DNA from: Blastocladiella emersonii ATCC 22665
Taxonomy: Eukaryota > Fungi > Blastocladiomycota
Direction: 5' to 3'
Assembly: GCA_025594325.1 (NCBI GenBank)
Contig: JANHCV010000003.1
Span: 124,001-188,000, forward strand
Length of the DNA stretch: 64,000 bases
Made by a program: the position numbers and the translations under genes
Notes under the pieces: generated by a model
What the model saw: only the letters and a program-made list of their open reading frames with translations
Told to the model about the DNA's origin: nothing
Databases searched by the model: none
Part shown: positions 36,238 to 47,077 of the stretch, piece by piece
How positions within the stretch are numbered: the first letter of the stretch is position 1
Layout: the number at the start of each line of letters is the position of its first letter

Positions 36238-37700
36238 ATGAACATAACAAGCAGCAAGCAGTGGCTGATCCCCACGTCGGCCGTCAAGGCGGGCGCATCC
36301 GCCGTGCTCGGAAACGAGCCCATGTTCTACGCTGTGCACTTGTCCGCGTGCATCAATGGCGTCGCATCGCTCCTCGGTTGTATCGCTGTCCTTCTCCACG
36401 TCGCCGCCGTACCCGTCCCGCGCGTCGTGAGCGTGTGGACCCGTGGTCTATTCCACCCGTGGGGCACGGATCGCACGGCCGCGAAACGCGTCGATTTCTC
36501 GGCACGCTTCTCCAGGTACCTCGCGGTGGCGGATCTGATCTGGCACACGTCCCACTTGACCGACCACGCGCTGCTGCTCGCGCATAAGGAGTACCCGGAA
36601 GACAGCCTCGCGACGGGTCTCGCCCTCAACCTGTTCGTGTGGTTTGGGTGGTGCCAGATGCTCCACTGCGCTCTTTCGGCGTACTCGTACCTGAAGATCT
36701 GCCGCAACGTTCACCTCAAGTTCGGGCGGCACGACTGGCGGCTCCACGTCGTCACGTTCGGGTCCGTCGTGGTGCTTGCGATCATCTTCTACGTTGTGAA
36801 CGGGTTCGGGTCGTCCGCGTATTGGTACGATAAACAACAGGACTCGATGAGCGCGCTGAGCTCTGACGCGATCCGACGTTTAGGTGCCTGGGAAATAACC
36901 AAACGTTCGGCGGCAGCATGGTCTCGTTCATGTCGAGTATGGTCGCCACCACGAATGCCATGGCCACGACGATCGGCAACCGCGAGATCCAGAAGAAGGT
37001 GAGCCAAGTCAGCTTGTCAACAAAATCGACGGCCTCGCGGCCGACCACGTACAAGGCCGGCACGTCCAGCCGGGCCTCGGCGCAGCAGCCGCCCGCGTCG
37101 CCCGACGGCTCGGTGGCCAGCAGCAAGCGCGGGATGCTCGCGCCCGGCGGCGGCGGCGGCGCAACCTCCTCGACGGGCGGCGGGACCTCGTCCACCGGCG
37201 GCACCTCATCAGCGCACGGCGACCCGAGCTCGGACCAGCGGTCGTACGTCGCCGCGCAGTGTCTACGGACTCTCGTTCGGACGGCGCGCCTCGTGTACAT
37301 CCCGCTCGCGATCGGGTCGCTGACCGGGTCCCTGCTGATCTTCATCGGGATCGTCGAACCCATCACCTGCTTCATCACGGCGACGGCGGCCAACTGCTCG
37401 GGCTGGGTCAACGCGTACGCGTACTTCCACAACGAGCTCCTCAAGGCGTCTCTGCGCGCGGGAACGCTGTCGGCGGCGCCGTCGCAGGCCGGCACGATCC
37501 AGTCTGGGGTCGGGGCTCGGACTGCGACAGTCGACCGGAGCTCCGAAAAGCGGCCTTCGATCCTGGCCAGCGCGCTCGCGGCGAGTCTTCTGCGCGGTGG
37601 CAGCGCGCCACCGTCGCAAGCACAGCCGTCGCAGCCGCGAAACAACGGGAAAGGCATGTCGGGCGCGGCCGATGAGGCTAAGGTCGATGCGGCGACGTGA
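36238..37700 (+). CDS. 7-TM GPCR-like receptor C (1 intron)
   Basis: Paralog of A/B; intron 36825-36883 splits the Trp codon of AYW-C; NCSGWVNAYAYFHNE. Confidence 0.8.
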
Positions 37701-37885
37701 TTGAGATGGAATGGGTACGACTGATGATCAAGGTCGGCGTGCGCTGTGATCATGATCGGGGACATTTGACGCGACAGCGCAAGTTTGTGGAGCAGGGTTG
37801 TTTGTGCTCCAACCTATGTATATCTATGATCTTCTCTTGACGATCACGGAGTGCGAGGCATGGTATGGGCGGCGCAACCATCGAC

Positions 37886-37919
37886 ACGTGATGTCTCGCA
37901 TCACCTGAAACGCGACGCG
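37886..37919 (+). promoter_or_regulatory. Upstream element before receptor D
   Basis: ACGTGATGTCTCGCATCACCTGAAACGCGACGCG; matches the elements before A and C. Confidence 0.6.
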
Positions 37920-38259
37920 TCGCGACACCGGGAATAGACACGACGACGCGATACGAGCGGAGCCACAACAGGGCTAACATTTCAAACAGGAATTTGGCGG
38001 CATTTTAGACGAGTGTCTCCCGTGAACGGGGACCGCAAACGCGTCGTGCGTCGAGTTCGATCACTCAGGGCTTCGGCACGCCAGCGCGCGATATTTTGCC
38101 GTGTCCCGCACTGGCGGGAGACATCAAACTCCGTGCCCGCACTCACCACAGCAACCACACGCACAGTGTGATCCCCGCACCGCCCAGATCCACACTCTGG
38201 ATGCGAGTCCAAAACACCCGCCCGAATGAAGGGGCCATGAAAACACTTGCTGCAATCAC

Positions 38260-39964
38260 ATGAACTCGAATAGTACAAGCACGGCCCGGTGGCTCGTCCC
38301 CGCGTCGGCCGTCAAGGCCGGCCAGTCGGCGACGTTCGGCAACGACCCAATGTTCTATGCTACCCATGTGTCGGCCTGTATCAACGGCATAGCATCGCTG
38401 CTCGGCTGTATCGCTGTCCTACTCCACGTCGCTGCGGTCCCCGTCCCGCGCGTCGTGAGCGTGTGGTCGCGCGGGCTGTTCCACCCGTGGGGGACCGACC
38501 GCGCGGCCGCCAAGCGCGCCGACTTTTCGGCCCGCTTCGCCATGTACCTCGCGGTCGCCGACCTCATATGGCACAGCTCGCACTTGATTGATCATGCGAT
38601 GCTGCTCGCGACCAAGCAGTTTCCGGACGACGGTCTCGCCACGGGGCTCGCTTTCAATCTCTTCGTGTGGTTTGGCTACTGCCAGCTGATGCACTGTGTC
38701 CTCTCGGCGTACTCGTACCTCAAGATCTGCCGCAACGTACACCTCAAGTTTGGGAAACACGACTGGAAGCTTCACGTCGTGACCTTCGGCACGGTCGTGG
38801 TCCTCTCGATCGTGTTCTACCTCGTGAACGGTTTCGGGTCGTTTGCGTACTGGTATGCGTGCTGAATGATACGATTGTGCGGCAGGGGTACTCAACCGTA
38901 TCCTGTCGCCTTGTAGGTGTCTCGGGAACAGCCAGGCGCTCGGCGGGTCGATGGTCTCCTTCATCTCGAGCATGGTTGCGACGACCAACGCGCTGGCCAC
39001 GACCATCGGCAACCGCGAGATCCAGAAAAAGGTCAAAAAGGTCAACCTGTCGACCCAGTCGGCGAGCTCGCGGCCCGCGCGCAAGTCGATGAGCAAGTCC
39101 AAGGCCTCGTCCGGCCGCGCGACGGCGTCGGCGCAGTCGTCAGCCGTCTCGCCCGAGGCGTCGCCGTCGGGCAGTAAGCGCACGATCCTGTCGCCCAACG
39201 ACGCCGTGGGCTCTTCCACGGTCGGTGCGGGATCCTCGTCGGGCGGCGGCGGCTCGTCGTCGGGTCACGGCGATCCGAGCTCGAACCAGCGGTCGTACGT
39301 GGCCGCGCAGTGTCTCCGGACCCTCGTCCGGACGGCGCGACTTGTCTACATCCCGCTCGCGATCGGGTCCGTGATCACGGCGCTGCTCTCATTCGTCGGC
39401 ATCGCCGAGCCCATCGCGTGCTTCGTCGTCGCCACGTCCGCCAACTGCTCGGGCTGGGTCAACGCGTACGCGTACTTCCACAACGAGCTACTCAAGGCGT
39501 CGCTGCGGACCGGCACTACAACGGCCGCGCCGTCGCAGGCGGGTACGATCCAGTCGACGACCGGCGCGGGCGAGCGCGGCACGCTGCTGAAGCCGCTCGG
39601 TTCGGTCGGTGCGCTCGGATCCAGCACTTTGCGGGGTCAGCTGCCCGGCGCGGTCGGCGCACTCGGATCCAGCACGCTGCGCGGTACGAGTGCCGCGGCG
39701 GCGGCGCAGATGCACCAGTCGCGGAGCAACAAGTCGGGCTCGATTCCCGAGATGAACGTCGTTGCCCCGCCATCGCGGCAGCAGACGCGGATCAACACGT
39801 CGTCGGAATCGATCCCGGAGATGGAGATCACGTCGCCGCCGCAGAAGCAGCCGCGAAACAAGAAGTCGGGCTCGCTTCCAGAGTTTGACCTCGCGCCGCA
39901 GAGGCAGCCGCGGAACAACAAGTCGATCTCGATCCCAGAGATGCACGTCGAGCCTGCCACTTGA
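38260..39964 (+). CDS. 7-TM GPCR-like receptor D (1 intron, expanded repetitive C-tail)
   Basis: Intron 38853-38916 at the same W-C position; tail with repeated S(I/L)PE(M/F) units. Confidence 0.8.
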
Positions 39965-40251
39965 GCTGGTTCGCGTGCCATTTCTTCAGCTTGGGGAGCC
40001 TCAGTAACTGTATATAATGTTATCTTTCTTCGCCCGCTGTACCTTTGGCCTTCTAAATTCCGCGTGAATGCTAGCGTCCAAGTCCCGTTGTCGCGCGGTG
40101 AAGTGGCATCGATCGGTAAGCGCGGGTATCGGATGTTGGCAACTGTTGACCGGTATCGTTAGACGCCGGATCTCGGTTGAATGCAAGCGTCGCCCAGGGC
40201 AACGCGGGACTGAGTGCGTGGCGCAGCAGCAGTCACGTGTTGCTATCAACA

Positions 40252-40265
40252 TGAAACGGGACGCG
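40252..40265 (+). promoter_or_regulatory. Partial upstream element TGAAACGGGACGCG before receptor E
   Basis: 14/14 identical to 36007-36020, at a similar distance (about 240 bp) from the ATG. Confidence 0.45.
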
Positions 40266-40493
40266 TCTCACGCGTCCCGACCGCGGCGGCAATAGCAGGG
40301 AGACTTGGCCCCCTGGCGATAGCAAGACCTGTCGCAGCTTTTCGATTTGCGCTGTTTCGTGGGGGACTCGATTGTTCAATTGGGTGACAAATTTGTGGTT
40401 CCACCCGAGTCAAGGGCAGGCTTGATCCGAGCTGGTCTCCCCATTGTCTGGCTCTGCAGGCCGAACTACTTCAATAAATCTACTGAAAACGCT

Positions 40494-41808
40494 ATGGAAA
40501 ATACGGAAGCTTCGTCATGGTTAATCCCGTCTTCGGCCGTCAAGGCGGGCCGCTCAGCGATGGTCGGAAACCTTGGCGCCTTCTACGCCGTCCACTTGTC
40601 CGCTTGCATCAACGGGACGGCGTCTATCCTGGGATGTATCGCTGTTTTGTTGCATGTAGCAGCAGTTCCTGTACCGCAGCTCCTCAGCAAATGGTCTCAT
40701 GGTTTGTTTCAAGCGTGGGGCACTGACCGCGAGTCAGCGAAGTGCGCCGACTTCTCTGGACGCTTCGCGACGTACCTCGCGGTCGCAGATCTCATCTGGC
40801 ACACTTTTCATCTTAGCGATCATGTGCTCCTACTCTCGCACAAGGCGTTCCCAGAAGCTAGTCTCGCGACGGGCCTGGCGTTCAACTTGTTTTTGTGGTT
40901 CGGCTACTGTCAACTCCTTCACTTTGCTCTCTCGGCCTACTCGTACCTCAAGATCTGCCGCAATGCAAATGTGCACATCAAGTTCGGGCGTTTCGACTGG
41001 ATGCTCCACGCCGTCACGTTTGGGACCGCGCTGTTGCTCTCGATCGTCTTCCATGCGGTGAACGGTTTCGGGTCGTTCGCCTACTGGTGCGTTTGAGTCC
41101 GTCATGCGCTACGCGACTACTAACCGCCCCTTGGCACGTCTACTCAGGTGTTTAAGTGACATCTCAACTTTGGGTGGGAGCGCGATACTGCTAGCATGTA
41201 GCGCAGTCGCAACGGCCAACGCAGTAGCCGCCACGGCCGGCAACCGCGAGATCCAGAAGCGGGTGTTGCTCGCAAACACGTCCGCCAAGAGGGCGAGCGT
41301 GTGTGCTCCGCGACCGACAATGGTCATCGCGACAAACTCGGCTCAGAGTTCTGCACAGTCGTCCGTCGTAGCGCCAGAAACCGTTTCGACCGGCGGCAAA
41401 TATGGCGTCGGATCACAGCACGATGCGACGGCCGCCTTGAGCGTTGGGAGCAACCCATCCTCATCTTCGCCGGGCACCTGGAACCCGAGCATGGACTACC
41501 GGTCGTATGTCGCGACGCGGCGGCTGCAGACGCTGGTTCAGACGGCTCGGCTCGTGTACGTCTTGCTGGCCATCGGGCTCGTGGTGACCACGGTGCTGTC
41601 GTTTGTGGGCGTGGCCGAACCCATCGCGTGCTTCATCGTTGCGAAGTCGGCCAACTGGATGGGCTGGGTCAACGCGTACGCCTACTTCCACAACGAGCTG
41701 CTCAAGGTGTCGTTGCGGGCGGCGGCGAGCACGCCCACGGCCACGGTGCCCATGAATGGTGACCGGGGCACCGTGCAGCAGTTACAAAACGCAACTGTGA
41801 CAGTGTGA
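40494..41808 (+). CDS. 7-TM GPCR-like receptor E (1 intron, most divergent of the C-D-E array)
   Basis: ATG 40494; intron 41087-41147 at the same W-C position; RFATYLAVAD, ALSAYSYLKI, GWVNAYAYFHNE. Confidence 0.78.
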
Positions 41809-42165
41809 TCGATTCCCCGCCGTAGCGGAGGCCGCGGGGGTCGTTGCGCAGGACCAAGGCGATCCCAATGGGACGCGTTGACAAGCGAGCCTGGTGAATT
41901 TCTTACGTTTCAGGAGCACCGCAATAGATGCGCTTATTTTCTTCGCCTTCTTCCGCTGCATTCGCAATTCGACGCGTCGACGCGCGGTGATAGAAGCCGT
42001 GATCCCGGCGATGACTCGGCAGGCTTGAAGACTCAGCCCGCGCACGTGCGCCAGTCAGCGTTCGACAGGCGCGTCAAGCCGCGGCGGTGCCCGCTTCGTC
42101 GCTCGCTCCCACCGCCGCCGCCGAGTCGCTTGCAACGTACCGACTCCCGTTCGCTCCACTTGCAA

Positions 42166-43482
42166 ATGGCCCTCGCACTGACCGCCGTCGCCCGCGCCGC
42201 CCTTATCAACCCCGCCGCCCGCCGCCCGGCCCTCGCTCTCTCCGCCACCGCTGCTGCCCGCTCCGCCCTGTCGCTGCGCTACTCTACTACTAGCTCCACC
42301 CCCTCCAAGATGGCGTCCAACACCCCCAACCACAAGCTGTGCATGATTCCGGGCCCCGTCGAGTTCCACGACGACGTGCTGGCGACCATGTCGACGCCGG
42401 CGACGTCGCACGTCGACCCGCACTTCATCGCGCAGTTCGGCGAGTCGATTGAGCTGCTGCGCGACGTGATGATGTGCAAGCGCGGCCAGCCCTTCATCGT
42501 GTCGGGCTCGGGCACGCTCGGGTGGGACATGGTGGCCGCCAACCTGGTCGAGCCCGCCGAGTCCGCGCTCGTCGTCAACACGGGCCTGTTCGGCGACCGG
42601 TTCGGCGAGTGCCTCGAGGTGTACGGCGCCAAGGTCACGCACGTGCACGCGCCCAGCATCGGCATGGCGCCGTCGCTCGACAGCATCGCGGCCGCCATCA
42701 AGGCCGCGCCCGCGCCCTTCAAGGTCATTACCATCACCCACGTCGACACGTCGACGGGCGTGCTCAACAACGTGCCCGCGATCGCGCGCCTCGTGCACGA
42801 GCTGTCGCCCTCGACGCTCGTCATCGTCGACGCCGTGTGCTCGGCCGGCGGCGAGGAGATCGACATGGACGGGTGGGGCATCGACGTGGTGCTGACGGCG
42901 TCGCAGAAGGCGCTCGGCACGCCGCCCGGTCTCGCGATCCTGGTCGCCTCGGAGAAGGCCATGCACGTGTTCCGCGAGCGCAAGGCCCCCGCCACGTCCT
43001 ACTTTGCGTCGTGGGCCAAGTGGACGCCCATCATGCAGGCGTACGAGGCCCGCAAGCCGTCGTACTTTGCCACGCCGGCCGTCCAGCTCGTCATGGCCCT
43101 GCACACGTCGCTCAAGCAGATCGTGGCGCGCCCGCTCGCCGAGCGGTTCGCCCAGCACGTCGCCATCTCGGACCACGTCAAGCAGACGGTCACGGGCTGG
43201 GGCCTCAAGCTCGTCCCGACGTCGCTCGATGTCGCCGCGCACACGCTGACGGCCGTCTACTACCCCGAGGGCGTCGCCGCGGCGGGTCTCCTCGGCGCGC
43301 TGTCGGGCAAGGGCGTCATCATCGCCGGCGGCCTGCACCCCAAGATCGCGTCCACCTACTTCCGCATCGGCCACATGGGCCTCTCGGCCACCCACGAGGA
43401 CTCGCTCGGCTACGTCAAGAAGACGCTCGCCGAGCTCGAGGCCGCCCTCCGCGAGAACGGCTTCGCGCCCAAGCAGGCGTAA
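42166..43482 (+). CDS. AGX1: Alanine:glyoxylate aminotransferase (class V PLP enzyme) with mitochondrial-type leader; unspliced form ends PKQA
   Basis: KLCMIPGP, GSGTLGWD, THVDTSTGVL, VDAVCS, ASQKALG (PLP Lys), FRIGHMG; Arg/Ala/Ser-rich leader before the second ATG at 42310. Confidence 0.93.
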   Translation: MALALTAVARAALINPAARRPALALSATAAARSALSLRYSTTSSTPSKMASNTPNHKLCMIPGPVEFHDDVLATMSTPATSHVDPHFIAQFGESIELLRDVMMCKRGQPFIVSGSGTLGWDMVAANLVEPAESALVVNTGLFGDRFGECLEVYGAKVTHVHAPSIGMAPSLDSIAAAIKAAPAPFKVITITHVDTSTGVLNNVPAIARLVHELSPSTLVIVDAVCSAGGEEIDMDGWGIDVVLTASQKALGTPPGLAILVASEKAMHVFRERKAPATSYFASWAKWTPIMQAYEARKPSYFATPAVQLVMALHTSLKQIVARPLAERFAQHVAISDHVKQTVTGWGLKLVPTSLDVAAHTLTAVYYPEGVAAAGLLGALSGKGVIIAGGLHPKIASTYFRIGHMGLSATHEDSLGYVKKTLAELEAALRENGFAPKQA

Positions 43483-43732
43483 GTACCTTCCCTCTACTAG
43501 CTCTCTCTCGGGCGCGCTAGCCGCCCCTCTACCCTCTCCCTCACCATCTCGTCCACCTGTGTCCATGATTCTGCTCTACAATACGACGTCCCTCCCCACC
43601 CTCTCTCCTTGTGTTGCATCACCTCGCCTCTCTTTCAACGACGCCACACCTCGCTCGACGCGCTTTTCATGCAAACCGGCCGAACCACGTTCGCTGACCC
43701 GCCCCGATCCGCGAATCGCCTTCCTCGTCTAG

Positions 43733-43811
43733 ACCAACGCCGGCCCGGTCCTTCCCGACGTCTTCGGCCGGCGACGCGCCCGTGTCGCTGAACCTGCGCG
43801 CCCGCCTCTGA
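43733..43811 (+). CDS. AGX1: Predicted terminal AGX1 exon encoding a PTS1 (..VSLNLRARL*)
   Basis: Donor GC|GTAAGT at 43479 overlaps the TAA stop; branch GCTGAC at 43693; acceptor CTAG ending 43732; frame gives APTPARSFPTSSAGDAPVSLNLRARL-stop. Confidence 0.7.
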
Positions 43812-43948
43812 TGGCCACGGCCATGGCCACGGCCACCGACCTCGCTCACCTCTTGCACATATCGTATCGTATAACTCATTCGCGCTAGCAGTAGTATAAC
43901 CTATTTCTTTTTATGCTATGCGTCACACACTCTGGCGCCTCCGAGCGA

Positions 43949-46690
43949 CTATGCCGACCCGCCGAGCAGCTGCAGCGCGAGCGCCTCGTCCATGGCGAGC
44001 TTCTTGGCGTCGGGCGCCTCGTCGTCGCCACTCTCGTCGTCTTGGCTGTACTCGTCGCGCGTCCGTTTCCGGAACCCGCGGGTCGGCACCTCGTCCTCGA
44101 ACTCGTCGTCGACGTCCATGTCCTCACCGTCGTGGGGCGACCCGAGCGTGACGACGAACCCGCCATCCTCGTCGTCCTCCTCGTCGTCGTCGCCGCGCAT
44201 CTTGCGCTCCTTGTCCTTGCGCTTCTTCTCGGCGCGCTTCTCGCGGCGCTTCTCCTTGGCGACGGCCTTGTCGGTGACGTCCGTCTCCTTCATCTGGGCT
44301 CGCTGCATCCCCAAAAACTCGCGCTTGGCCTGGTCAATGTCGGTGGTGGCGCGGAACGTGTCCTCGGACTCGAGCGAGTGCACGCGGATCGCGTTGCCGT
44401 CGTCGTCGAACACGAGCTTCTCGGGCGCGGGCAGTGCGTTGCGGGCCTTGGCGCGCTCGCGGAGCACGCGCTTGCGCGAGGGCGCCGAGGAGGGGACCAG
44501 TTTCATGGCGTCGATCACGCCGTCGAGCTCGTGGTTGGTCCGCGCGATCGTGAACAGGTCGTCGTCGTCGTCGCCCGACTTGCGCTGCTTGCGCTGCTTC
44601 TGCTTCTTGGACGACGGCGCGTCGTCGTCGAGGCCGAGAAGTGCCGCGCCCGTCGGCTTCTTCTTGGACACGGCGGTGGCCTCGTCGTCGTCGCTCGAGT
44701 CGTCGCCGCCGAGTAGCTGCTGGGCCTTGCCGCCGCGAGCGCCGGGTTTCCGGACATCGGCGTCATCGTCGTCCGAGTCATCGTCGTCGCTCGAGTCAGC
44801 GAGCGCCTTGGACCGGCGGGCGCGGGCACCGGGACGCGCCTCGTCGTCGTCGTCCGACGCGGCAGCAGCGTCGTCGTCGTCTGAGTCGGACCCGGACCCG
44901 GCGTCGGACACGTCCTCGGACCGGTCAATCAGCTTGTTGTAGTGGGCCGACAGCACGTCCTGGTTCTTGCGCTGGAGCATGCGGTCGACGCGTGTCCGTG
45001 GCCCGGCGGGCTTGCCGTCTTCCTCGCCCTCGGCAGCGGCTTCGGCGTCGCTCTCCTCCTCGGCCGCGGCGGCGCGCGCAGCAGCGCCCGCAGCGAGCTC
45101 CTTCTTGGAGATGAACCGCAGCTTGGGCTTACCGGGGAGCCCGAGGGCCTCGGCGTACTCGTCGAGGGGCAGGCCGACGACGTTGAACACCTCCTTGTTG
45201 GACTGGACGAACATGGACTTGACGTAGGTCACAAAGGCGCGCTGGGCGAGGTACTTGAGCTCGACGTACTGCGTGCACAGGGCCTGGAGCTGCGGCTTGA
45301 TGGACTGGGTCTTGGCCGGGTTGACCTTGATGCGGCGGAGCCCGGGCGCCTTGTCGGCGATGGCCTTGAGCATCCCCTCCTCCTCGGACGGGAGCAGGAA
45401 CATGAGCGCGTTGCCGCCGTCCGTGTACCGCGCGGTGCGGCCGACGCGGTGGATGTACGTCTCGGGCGAGTCGGGCGCGTCGAGCTGCACGACCCAGTTG
45501 ACGGACGGGAAGTCGAGGCCGCGCGCGGCGACATCGGTCGTGAACAGGACGGCGTGCGTGTCCTTGCAGAAGGCCTCGTACACGTCGATGCGCTGGAACT
45601 GCTTCTGGCCGCCGTGCAGGTGGCGCAGCGGGACGCCCGGCTTGAGCTTGCAGAAGGTCTCGAACACGAACCGCACCTGCTTGCACGTCGACAGGAACAC
45701 GATCGACTTGTGCTGCAGGTGCGTCTTGAGGAACGACCACAGCAGGTCGAGCTTGTCGGGCAGCGGCGACACCACGTACGCCTGCGACAGCGACGCCGGG
45801 TTCGCGTCCTGGTGGACTGCCACGTACTCGGGCGTCTGCAGCGACAGCCGCGCGAGGTCGCGCACCGACTTGGTCTGGGTCGCGCTGAACAGCAGCGTCT
45901 GGCGGTGCTTGGGCAGGAAGTCGATGATGGCGTTGATGTCGCGCTCGAAACCCATGTCGAGGATCCGGTCCGCCTCGTCGAGCACCAGCATCTGCAGGTT
46001 GTCGGCGTCGAACCCGGCCGTCTCGTCCATGTGCTGCAGCAGGCGGCCGGGCGTCGCGATCAGAATGTTCATGCGCGACATGCGGTCCTTTTCCTGCTTC
46101 ACGTCCTTGCCGCCGATGACCAGGCCCGCCGAGAAGCTGTGGTGCGCGCCCACCTTGCGCAGCACCTGGAAGATCTGCATCGCCAGCTCGCGCGTCGGCG
46201 ACAGCACCAGCGCGCCGAGCCCGTCCTCGGCCGACCACCGCGCGCGGTGCAGCTTCTCGAGAATCTACATCCCGAAAAGAAAATCGCGTCAGATCGCGTC
46301 GTTTGTGGGTCTCGCATTCGAGAAAACGCGTACCGGAATGACGAACGCGAGCGTCTTGCCGGACCCGGTCTTGGCGGCGCCGAGCACGTCGCGGCCGCAC
46401 AGGGCGAGCGGGAGGGCGGTGCGCTGGACGTCGGTCATGTCGGTGAACCCGGCGTCGGTCAGGCCCTGGACCGTCTTGGTGGAGATGGGCAGGTGCTCGA
46501 ACTGCGTGATGGCGGCGCCCTTGAGCGCGGCCAGGTCCGTCGTCTGCTCCTCGATCTGCTTGAGCTCGTCGAGCTCCGTGTCGCGCCGCTTCTTGCGCGC
46601 GTTCACGTAGGTCGGCTTGGCCTTGCCCTTGCCGCCGCCCTTGCCGCCCTTGCGGAAATGGTGGGACGGCTTGCCTCCCTTTGGCGGCAT
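43949..46690 (-). CDS. DBP4: DEAD-box RNA helicase DBP4/DDX10
   Basis: [50 protein letters not shown]; intron 46333-46265. Confidence 0.96.
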
Positions 46691-47077
46691 GGTGTCGATT
46701 GCGTAGAGTGTGTGAGTGAGCGCGACGTCGCAGGCGCCGGTCGTTTTGGTTGGGAATGTAGTATTGGTGGTGACGCTGCGCCCGCGATCGAGGCGTCGTC
46801 GGCCGCGATGGCCAGCCGAGCCGCGTGTACACGCCCCCGTGCGGCCCCGTGACCGGTCGCCAGGCGCGGGCGGTCGCGTGACGTGACGATCGCCGTCAAC
46901 ATTTGGCGCCGCGCGCGTTCGTTGCGCGTCCGCCATCGGCCTGCTGCTCCGCTGAGATCCCAGCGACTACCACTCGCGCCATGTACGCGGCCAACGCGCG
47001 ACTCGATGCAATGGATCACCCGTGCTGATGCACCCTCGCGTGTAAACTAGCCTTTCACAACCAACTCCATCAACACC

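Noticed and set aside
43480-43519. AGX1 stop-codon readthrough or nearer acceptors as the PTS1 source
   Set aside because: Readthrough gives VPSLY*, and the acceptors at 43500 and 43519 give very short introns and no PTS1; only the 43732 acceptor has a branch site and yields ARL.
43990-45070. Asp/Ser and Lys/Arg low-complexity tracts in the DBP4 C-terminus
   Set aside because: Ordinary for nucleolar DBP4/DDX10 tails.
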